A stretch of 64,000 bases of DNA from Pecten maximus (taxonomy: Eukaryota): positions 38,378,001 to 38,442,000 of the forward strand of contig NC_047022.1 of assembly GCF_902652985.1 (NCBI RefSeq). Direction: 5' to 3'. How positions within the stretch are numbered: position 1 is the first letter of the stretch; the number at the start of each line of letters is the position of its first letter. Position numbers and translations under genes: made by a program. The notes under the pieces were generated by a model. It did not search any database. It was not told the origin of the DNA and was given only the letters and a program-made list of their open reading frames with translations. Shown here piece after piece: positions 12,701 to 24,200 of this stretch.

Positions 12701-15252
12701 CATTAACTGAAGTTTAACACACTAAGCACAATAACACTATGTAATGTCACAGTACTAACACGATTTTCAATGTCAGTCATTTTCATATATGCAAATTGTC
12801 CATTGTCTTACAGCACAAATTGGCACTTTATGGTCCTATTCAGTTGATGGTGATACGTTAATAAAATGTTTAAACATGGACTTATAAGGCAGATAAAACA
12901 TAAGAAACCTTATGATTACAAAAAGCTATATTTGCTTAAACATGTTATATCCCAAACAAATTATTTGTGCCATACATCATGTTTATTAATTTTACTAGGG
13001 CTTCCCAGCAGACAACCTCTTAAAGGCAGAAGGTACTCACAAGTGGAAGACAACAGCTCCAGTAGATAAACATGCTACAGCTGTCCTGCAGGTAAACAAT
13101 TTCATCCTTGGTAACAATAAAAATGGCGGCCTAAATGATCTGAGTAAATATTATCAGAATATATAATTAGCTCACCTGGACCGAAGGTCCGGTGAGCTTA
13201 TGTCATGGCGCGGCGTCCGTCGTCTGTCGTCCGTCGTCCGTCGTCCGTCGTCCGTCAACATTTGCTTCAAATCGCTACTAGTCAAAAAGTTCTTATTGGA
13301 TTTTGACCAAATTTAGTCAGAAACATCCTTGGCAGAAGGGGATCAGATTTTGCATAAATGGTGACTCTGACCCCCAAGGGGCATAAGGGGCGGGGCCCAA
13401 TAGGGGAAATTGAGGCAATTCCTTTAAATCGCTACTAGTCATCAAGTTATGAATGGATTTGAACCTAATTTGGTCAGAAACATTCTTGGGGGAAGGGGAA
13501 CAGATTTTGCATAAATGGTTACTCTGACCCCAAAGGGGCCAAAGGGGCGGGGCCTAATGGGGAAATAGAGGTAATTTCTTCAAATCGCTACTAGTCATAA
13601 AGTTATGAATGGATTTGAACCCAATTTGGTCAGAAACATTCTTGGGGGAAGGGGAACAGATTTTGCATAAATGGTGACTGTGACCCCCAAGGGGCCAAAG
13701 GGGCGGGGCCTAATGGGGGAAATAGAGGTAATTCCTTCAAATCGCTACTAGTCGTAAAGTTATGAATGGATTTCAACCCAATTTAATCAGAAACATTCTT
13801 GGGGGAAGGGGAACAGATTTTGCATAAATGGTGACTCTGACCCCCAAGGGGCCCGAGGGGTTGGGCCCAATAGGGGAAATTGAGGTAATTCCTTAAAATC
13901 GCTACTTGTCATAAAGTTATGAATGGATTTGAACCCAATTTGGTCAGAAACATTCTTATGTGAAGGGGAACAGATTTTGCATAAATGGTGACTCTGACCC
14001 CCGAGGAGCCAAAGGGGCGGGTCCCAAAAGGGGAAATAGAAGTAATTCCTTTAAATCTCTACTAGTCATAAAGTTATGAATGGATTTGAACCCAATTTGG
14101 TCAGAAACATTCTTGAGGGAAGGGGAACAGATTTTGCATAAATGGTGACTCTGACCCCCAAGGGGCCTGAGGGGCGGGGCCCAATAGGGGAAATTGAGGC
14201 AATTCCTTAAAATCGCTACTTGTCATAAAGTTATGAATGGATTTGAACCCAATTTAGTCAGAAACATCCTCCAGGGAAGGGGAACAGATTTTGGATAAAT
14301 GGTTACTCTGACCCCCAAGGAACCAAAGGGGCGGGGCCTAATGGGGAAATAGAGGTAATTCCTTCAAATCGCTACGAGTCATAAAGTTATGAATGGATTT
14401 CAACCCAATTTGGTCAGAAACATTCTTGGGGGAAGGGGAACAGATTTTGCATAAATGATGACTCTGACTCCCAAAGGACCAAAGGGGCGGGACCTAATGG
14501 GGAAACAGAGGTAATATCTTTAAATTGCTACTAGTCATAAATTTATGAATGGATTTGAACCCAATTTAATAAGAAACATTCTTTGGAGAAGGGGAACAGA
14601 TTTTGCATAAATGATGACTCTGCCCCCCGAGGAGCCAAAGGGGCGGGTCCCAATAGGGGAAATAGAAGTAATTCCTTAAAATCGCTACTTGTCATAAAGT
14701 TATGAATGGATTTCAACCCAATTTGGTCAGAAACATTCTTGAGGGAAGGGGAACAGATTTTGCATAAATGGTGACTCTGACCCCCGAGGGGCCAAAGGGG
14801 CGGTGCCCCATATGGGAAATAGAGGTAATTCCTTCAAATCGCTACTAGTCATAAAGTTAAGAATGGATTTGAACCCAATTTGGTCAGAAACATTCTTATG
14901 TGAAGGGGAACAGATTTTGCATTAATGATGACTCTGACCCCCAAGGGGCCAAAGGGGCGGGGCCTAATGGGGAAACAGAGGTAATATCTTTAAATCGCTA
15001 CTAGTCATAAAGTTATGAAAGGATTTGAACCCAATTTGGTCAAAAACATCATTGGGGGAAGGGGAACAGATTTTGCATAAATGGTGACTCTGACCCCCGA
15101 GGGGCCAAAGGGGTGGTGCCCCATATGGGAAATAGAGGTAATTCCTTTAAATCGCTACTAGTCATACATTTATGAATGGATTTGAACCCAATTTAGTAAG
15201 AAACAATCTTTGGGGAAGGGGAACAGATTTTGCATAAATGGTGACTCTGCCG

Positions 15253-15297
<45 letters not shown>

Positions 15298-18200
15298 AGG
15301 GCCAAAAGGGGTGGGGCCCCATATGGGAAATAGAGGTAATTCCTTTAAATCACTACTAGTCCTAAAGTTATAAATGCATGTTGTAATCTCAGAGAGTCTG
15401 GACTTCATTATTTCTTTAAAGCAGTTGGGATACCCACGCTATAACCAAATATAGCATTGTTTGAGGTTAACAAACAAAAGGAATTGAACATGAACATTAT
15501 TTTGACATTTGGTCAAATCCAACCAGGTGAGCGATACAGGCCCCATGGGCCTCTTGTTTACATTTCTGTTATTATCCCCTTTCTACAAGGCCAAGGTCAC
15601 ATGGTTTCCTTACAAACAACCAATGTAAAAGGTCCATAGCACTTGAAGAACAACACCAGAACAACTACATGTATAGTAATACCAATTAGGAAGGATATTT
15701 TGTACCCTACATTTAAAGATAAATTATCAGTAAAACTTTTTTTAATGTTCAGAATCTTATAAATCCAATAAGTCAGAGAAAGAGCAGCTTCAATGGTAAC
15801 AAGTTGTTTTTAAGTATAAGCTTGTGTGAAGGAGATCTATAAATGTATTTTTCTAGCTCACCATGTAAATTGTTGTAAAAAAGTTGATGAGCATGGCAGG
15901 CTTATCATCCAATTGTTTGATGACCAATTTTGTGATACATTGTTTTACACTTCTTTTCATTCAGGGTTATCATTGATGATTCATCACAAGTTGTGTAAAT
16001 TTCTCATCATTTTTACAGTTTGAGAAAGCATCACACATCCACAGCATTGACATTGGAAATGAAGGTTCAGCCTTTGTTGAGGTGTTGGTCGGAAAATCTT
16101 CAGCTAAAGAGGACAAGGATTACCAGGTAGGTTATGTGATAGTTATGGCCAAATAAGACTGAATAAAAAACATCAGACCAAGGCAGATATTGTTTGTAAA
16201 AGAAGACGAGGATTACCAGGTATGTTATTTGATAGGTAAATTTGAATGACCAAATAAGACTGTGAATAAAAACATTAGACCAAGGCAGATATTGTTTGTA
16301 AAAGAAGGATGTAAAACTGAAGTACGACTAATGTAATACTTGGGATTTAAATGATGTAAATGTAAACTTTATTTAATTTACAACAATTGCGAAACAAGTT
16401 ATATCAACTTCTATTAATCATGCTTTTTGGCCTGTATGGAAGCGTGCAAGGGGTCTTACTGTTTGAGGAAACCAGAGTAACCGCAGAAAACCTGCGTATT
16501 CGGGCAGGTGACCCAATACCTTTTCACGTTCAATTGAGGAATTGGACCCCGGCCACCTAGGTGAAAGGCAAGTGTGTTACCACTGTGCCGCCCGAACACT
16601 CCTTTAAAATGATTTAGCCTTTTACCTGTGGTCCTTCCATCTCGATCCAAAACACTTTTGCTATTTCTCTGAAAAGTCTTTGACAAACTGAACACAGGTT
16701 CTCATTTGATCTTAGGTATATACAATATATTAAATTTATCTTTGGATGTGAAAAATATATTGCCAGCAGATGGTAACTTTATCATAAATTTCAATTTAAA
16801 GATTTTAGAATCAATAGAATTAAAGTAAATTAGTTTCTTATCTATAATACAGGTTCCTCTTTAGTTCTGTGTATGCAATATTCAACATCCTATTAACTTG
16901 ATGAGGGAGAATACCATCTCAGTAAACATTAGCTGCTTCTTACTGACTCGACTAGGGAGTATGCCCTCTCAGTAAACACTAGCTGGTTCCTACTGACTTG
17001 ATGAGGGACTACGTCATCCCAGTAAATACTAGCTGCTTCCTACTGACTCGACTAGGAAGTATATGTCACCCAAGTCAACACTCCTTTATGAGTTGTGTTA
17101 TCATCATTACACCTTGTTCCAGGTATTACTGGTGGCCTCCTCCTTTATGAGTCGTGTTATCATCGTAACACCTTGTTCCAGGTATAACTGGTGGCCTCCT
17201 CCTTTATGAGTTGTATTATCATCATTACACCTTGTTCCAGGTAATACTGGTGGCCTCCTCCTTTATGAGTCGTGTTATCATCATTACACCTTGTTCCAGT
17301 TATTACTGGTGGCCTCCTCCTTTATGAGTCGTGATGTCATCATTACACCTTGTTCTAGGTATTACTGGTGGCCTCCTCCTTTATGAGTCTTGTTATCATC
17401 GTTACACCTTGTTCTAGGTATTACTGGTGGCCTCCTCCTTTAGTTGTGTTATCATCATTACACCTTGTTCCAGGTATTACTGGTGGCCTCCTCCTTTATG
17501 AGTTGTGTTATCATCATTACACCTTGTTCCAGTTATTACTGGTGACCTCCACCTTTATGAGTCGTGTTATCATCGTTACACCTTGTTCCAGGTATTACTG
17601 ATGGCCTCCTACTTTATGAGTCGTGTTATCATCATTACACCTTGTTCCAGTTATTACTGGTGACCTCCACCTTTATGAGTCGTGTTATCATCATTACACC
17701 TTGTTCCAGGTATTACTGGTGGCCTCCTACTTTATGAGTCGTGTTATCATCGTTACACCTTGTTCTAGGTATTACTGGTGGCCTCCTCCTTTATGAGTCG
17801 TGTTATCATCATTACACCTTGTTCCAGGTATAACTGGTGGCCTCCTCCTTTATGAGTCGTGTTATCATCATTACACCTTGTTCTAGGTATTACTGGTGGC
17901 CTCCTCCTTTATGAGTCGTGTTATCATCATTACACCTTGTTCCAGTTATTACTGGTGGCCTCCTCCTTTATGAGTCGTGTTATCATCATTACACCTTGTT
18001 CCAGGTATAACTGGTGGCCTCCTACTTTATAAGTCGTGTTATCATCATTACACCTTGTTCTAGGTATAACTGGTGACCTCCTTTATGAGTCGTGTTATCA
18101 TCGTTACACCTTGTTCCAGGTATTACTGGTGGCCTCCTCCTTTATGAGTCGTGTTATCATCATTACACCTTGTTCCAGGTATAACTGGTGGCCTCCACCT

Positions 18201-21200
18201 TTATGAGTCGTGTTATCATCATTACACCTTGTTCTAGGTATTACTGGTGGCCTCCTCCTTTATGAGTCCTATGGACAGTCGTAATAATACCAACAGGAAC
18301 AGTGTACGCATGTTTGGTAAAGAGAAACTCTCTAAAACAACCATCTCAGAGAAGTGGGACAGAGTGAAGGTTGTTTGTACCCAACCTTTTAACAAGGTAA
18401 AGTGTATGGCAGAAGTAAATTATCGATGGTAAAGCATAACCCCGCTGTATTACAAACTGTAAAAATATTCACAATCTAGTACCACACTTCAGATTCAGAT
18501 AAAACTTTTGCTATTTTTAGAAAAAAAAATTAAATGACCTTAATTAAAATCCAAATTTTCATTCTTATAAAGAAAATTTTTATTTACATTAAATTTTGAT
18601 ATAAAAAGACTGTGATTTCAAAATTTATGACTTGCATGATACTTGTAGAAGTATCTTATATAGCAAAGAATGTACATGTCATTTATGATTTTAAATCTTT
18701 AGTTTTCTGATTATGTTGAATATTGATTTTACAGAACTCCGGTTACGGATTGTCCTTTATCAAGTTTCATTCCCCACCAGCACCCGGAGAGAAAGATGAA
18801 CCAGCTGTAAGTATAGACAACACATTGAATATAAAAAGGTCTGATTCTCTTGGTGTTTATCATGGGGTGTGTCTTTATAGTTTACCTGTGTCATCATGGG
18901 GTGAGTCATTACAGTTAACCCGTGTCATCATGGGGTGGGTCATTACAGTTTACCCATGTCATCATGGGGTGGGTCATTACAGTTTACCCGTGTCATCATG
19001 GGTGGGTCATTACAGTTTACCCATGTCATCATGAGGTGGGTCATTACAGTTTACCTGTGTCATTATGGGGTGGGTCATTACAGTTTACCCATGTCATCAT
19101 GGGGTGGGTCATTACAGTTTACCCGTGTCATCATGGGGTGGGTCATTACAGTTTACCCATGTCATCATGGGGTGGGTCATTACAGTTATACCCATGTCAC
19201 CATGGGGTGGGTCATTACAGTTTACCCATGTCATCATGGGGTGGGTCATTACAGTTTACCCATGTCATCATGGGGTGGGTCATTACAGTTTACCAATGTC
19301 ATCATGGGGAGGGTCATTACAGTTTACCCGATGTCATCATGGGATGGGTCATTACAGTTTACCTGTGTCATGATTGGGTGGGTCATTACCGTTTACCCAT
19401 GTCCTCATGGGGTGGGTCATTACAGTTTACCTGTGTCATGATTGGGTGGGTCATTACAGTTTACCCATTCATCATGGGGTGGGTCATTATAGTTTACCCA
19501 TGTCATCATGGGGTGGGTCATTACAGTTTACCCATGTCATCATGGGGTGGGTCATTGCAGTTTACCCGTGTCATCATGGGGTGGGTCATTACAGTTGACC
19601 CGTGTCATCATGGGGTGGGTCATTACAGTTTACCCATGTCATCACGGGGTGGGTCATTACAGTTTACCCATGTCATCATGCATGGGGTGGGTCATTATAG
19701 TTTACCCATGTCCATTTATCATGGGGTGGGTCATTACGGTTTACCCGTGTCATCATGGGGTGGGTCATTACAGTTTACCCATGTCATCATGCATGGGGTG
19801 GGTCATTACAGTTTACCCATGTCATCATGGGGTGGGTCATTACAGTTTACCGATGTCATCATGGGGTGGGTCATTACAAGTTTACCCATGTCATCATGGG
19901 TTGGGTCATTACAGTTTACCCATGTCATCATGGGGTGGGTCATTACAGTTTACCCATGTCATCACGGGCCGGGTCATTACAGTTTACCCATGTCCTCATG
20001 GGGTGGGTCATTACAGTTTACCCATGTCATCACGGGCCGGGTCATTACAGTTTACCCATGTCATCATGGGGAGGGTCATTATAGTTTATCCATATCCATT
20101 TTGTCCTGTTGGTTATCAGTTCTTATCCAATTCCATTGTTTCAGTGGTTTTAACAGTGCTTCATTGATGAACAGTGGTGGTGGTGTATGTGGTATTTGAG
20201 AGTGGGGTGTGTGGGTAGATGTGTGAAGGAATGTCGTCGAGATCATCTGGGACTGGGAAATTTATGCCTTACAATCATTTTCTAGGTGTATCATTGTAAA
20301 TATATCAATTTTCACATTGATAGATATTATAATAAAATTTATTTTAGGTAGGTGTAAAGAAGCTTGGTGCATTCTTGATCAAACCGGAAAAAGATGATGA
20401 TATACAGATGGGATCAGCGTTTGCTAAACGAGCAGATGTCAGGGAAACCCCTCCAGCCACAGGTAACAGGATCTAGATCCTTGTCATCTATTTAATGTTT
20501 AAAAATCATTGATAATCTAAACAGAAGGAATTCATCGCAACACAAGAGTAGCCCTTAGACTAAGAGGCGAGACTAGTTAGCAAATGAAGAGAAGTATAAA
20601 ACTCACTGTGAATCTTGAGTGTGTTGTGAATAATTCCCTCTGTAAATGTTTATATATTTGTTTAATCGCCTACATACCTTTGGGTATCCATGCACCAGCA
20701 CAGCACCACACTGTATAAGCTGCCTACCATGGAACTGACTTTGTGTGGGAGTAATTAATCTAGTTACCTGTTCAAAGTACATTGTAGTTAACATTCTGTT
20801 CCAAGTTATCAAGTGGCATTTCTACCACAGATTTAACACTTTGTACATGGTAATACAGCAGTTAGAATAGTCAAAGAAATGTTTGATCTGTATTATTTTC
20901 TTCTTTGATATTGTTGAAACTGTAGGCAAACATAGGTGTGGATTGGAAATGATAATATCCTGACCATATATCTTTTACTGATAGGAGCAGCAGCTATCAG
21001 AGCAGCATCCCGACTGTCTGAGGAATCTCGTTCTACCACGGCCTTATCTCCTGCAACTTTACATAAATCTAAAACCTGTGACACCGTCTCTTCACTCAAG
21101 TCTGAAACCATTGAGTCTTCATCATCTTCCAAGGCTAAGCTAAGCAGCACCAAGGCAGCTCCCAAAATGTCTGAGGTAAATATATGGAGGCAAATCATGT

Positions 21201-24200
21201 CGGACTGACTGTAAGGGATATATTTAATTTAGGGATATATTTAATTTAGGGATATATTTAAATTAGGGATATATTTAATTTAGGGATATATTTAAATTAG
21301 GGATATATTCAATTTAGTGATATATTTAATTTAGGGATACCGGGTATATTTGAATTAGGGATATATTTAAATTAGCATAGGTCACCCACAGTGATGCATA
21401 CTTGAAAGAAAGTTGATGTCTTTGACACAACCATATACAAGTGTGTTTGAATTATGATACTATTACCAAGGGTAGTCATTTTCATCAAAATAAAAAACAC
21501 TAAAGACTTTATATTCAACCTTCATTTTACACATCACCAATTTTCAAATGACAGCCCCATTGAGTGTGCTCAAGTATGAACACACTAGCCGAACATTAAG
21601 TAAGAGTGCGCTATATATGATATGTATGTAATCTCATGGATTATGAGCTCAAGTTTCAAAGCTTTTGCTGCTTTGAGTTAAGAAAGCCAAGATTTCTTAC
21701 TTTTATTAATAACCTTTTGAATGCTATATTGTATATAGTAAAAAGAGGAAGTTGTGCTTGTGAAATAGAAATTAACTACAAATATAATTGTGGATAGACA
21801 AAGTCCTGACTTTGTGATTGTCAACCTTTTACTTACTATTTCCTTATCTCATTTTGATTTGTTGTAGAACCGTAGTAAAAGGAAACATGAGTTTAGTGAC
21901 GATGAGGGTCACTATTCAGACGACGATGATTCACCGCCGGCCAGACCCCCAATGAAGAAACAGTCCACCAGTATCACTTCCACAGCCTCATCTGTAATGA
22001 GTGATACAAAAACAGCTCTGAAAAAAAACAAATGTAAATATATCCACACAAAACTTTGTGGTTAAAAGATATAACTGGATTTTAATGAAGGGGAGATTGA
22101 ATTTTCTGTGTTCATTATCTCCAGTCTACATAATAATATATGATGGTCAACCTGTTGTACAGCAGTTTACAGAGAGTCTATGTAAAGTCTTTGTCTCGAG
22201 CTCCAGTAATGTTATTTTGTAAAAAAAGGTTAAGTGGTTTTTGTTTGGATTCAGATAACCTGGTTGAAATGGTCTGTTGGTATATAAAAGATTATTATGG
22301 TTATTGTAACAAGTACTCGGCAAAATACACAGATATTTTGTCACATAGAAAAAGGTAAAACAAAATATAAAACATGTTCCTTTTTACCTTACCTGGTCCG
22401 AAGAAGCGTTAATCTTACAACTTCTAACGTGACCTGTTTCAACTTTATACATGAATACACTCTACACAATGATCCTTCTTAATCTGTACTATAACATTAC
22501 AGCTGAACCAGCCCGGGAATCCCCTGCTAAGTCCTTCAAGAAACTGCTGGAAGGGGTTGTGTTTTCCTTGAGTGGATTCCAGAACCCGTTCAGGGGCGAG
22601 CTGAGAGATATGGCCACAGAAATGGGTGGTGTGTACAAGGCTGACTGGGATAAAACTTGTACTCATCTTATGTGAGTAGAATAGTCTTGTGTGAACAAAA
22701 CAGAAATTTACTTGACTCGTATAAGAAGAGCAGAAATTTACTTGACTCGTATAAGAAGAGCAGAAATTTACTTGACTCGTATAAGTAGAGCAGAAATTTA
22801 CTTGACTCGTATATATAGAGCAGAAATTTACTTGACTTAAGTAAGAACAGAAATTTACTTGACTGGTATAAGTGGAGCAGAAATTTACTTGACTGGTATA
22901 AGTGGAGCAGAAATTTACTTGACTGGTATAAGTGGAGCAGAAATTTACTTGACTAAAGTAAGAATAGAAACTTACTTGACCTGTGTAAGTATAAAAAAAA
23001 TTAACTTGTCACTGACTGATGTTTAAAACAGAACAGAAATTTACTTGACTTGTGTAAGTAGAACAGAAATGTCTTGTGTGTGATATGAGACTAATAGTAT
23101 TGCTGTACTTATTAATTCATATACATGTATGATATTCTGGTCATAGAAATGGTGATGTCTGGATTACATTACTGTCAGAAGATAACGCTTTTAAAAACAA
23201 TGATTGCAACATTTCATATTCCAATAAATGTATATTTCTGTAAAAATACAGTTATGTTGTTTAAAATGTGAACTAATATTAAGTACATTCCTTTACAGAT
23301 GTGCTTTTACAAATACTCCGAAGTACAACCAAGTGAAAGGGAAAGGGAGGATAGTGAAGAAAGACTGGGTTCAGCACTGCTACAAACAGAAGAAACGTCT
23401 ACCTTGGAGGAAGTACGTTGGCCTAACATTTAATGTGTTAAATGTTTCCTTACTATGATTCAACAGTCATGTATTACTGATAATGGACAGTAATAATGGT
23501 TTTCATAAACTTGGTGTTCCAATAAAACTTGAGAAAACAAGGTTTGTCCCTGGTTTTAAAACAGGCTCAGCTGAGTCGCACCCAATAAAATGTGGCCATC
23601 ACTTGGTTGTCATAGATATATATAGTAATGCAGCTATGAATATGAACTAAATAGACCTAAGTGTCAAAACAGTGCCAGTACTGAATAACTTATTTACTTC
23701 AAGTAGTATTACAATATTCATCAAGACAGCAAAGGGTGAAGAATTGAGTTTTGTGGAAAAGTGCAGTGAGATGATAATCACTTATAACCACTATAGGTAC
23801 CACAGCAGGACAGTTCAGTGCTTCATTAGACTAGATCACACTCAGAAATCTGTCTTGGTTTGATAGGTACGTACTGGGTGACACGGACTACTCCAGCGAT
23901 GAAGAAGAGGATGAGCCTGTTATGAAGAAAACTCCAAGCCAAACGAAACACAAGGAGAAACATGGTAATTGTCTTTGTATAAATGTTGAGATGTATTGTT
24001 GTAATATATATTCCAGTCACATGATAGAGTTCACCACAGGACACAAGTTTCTTCACAGACTGATAGTAATGAAAACTAACAATTCAATTATATTGTAGGT
24101 TCCAAGGATGACAAGGTCCCTTCGAAGAAAGAATCTACCCCTAAAAAAGCAGACATGGAAGGTATTTTGTAGTTGGGTCATACTGAAGTAGGTTTAATAC

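Noticed and set aside
15193-15408. Poly-Gly ORF
   Set aside because: Artefact of the poly-C run in the HINE array
18922-20199. 425-aa ORF and overlapping ORFs
   Set aside because: Translation of a stop-poor 34-bp minisatellite in XRCC1 intron 5; the same peptides cycle through all frames
23411-23872. Intron 10 donor GTACGT repeated at the start of exon 11, and other exons beginning with GT
   Set aside because: AG|GT proto-splice context is common; no further duplicated sequence supports an intron-gain event
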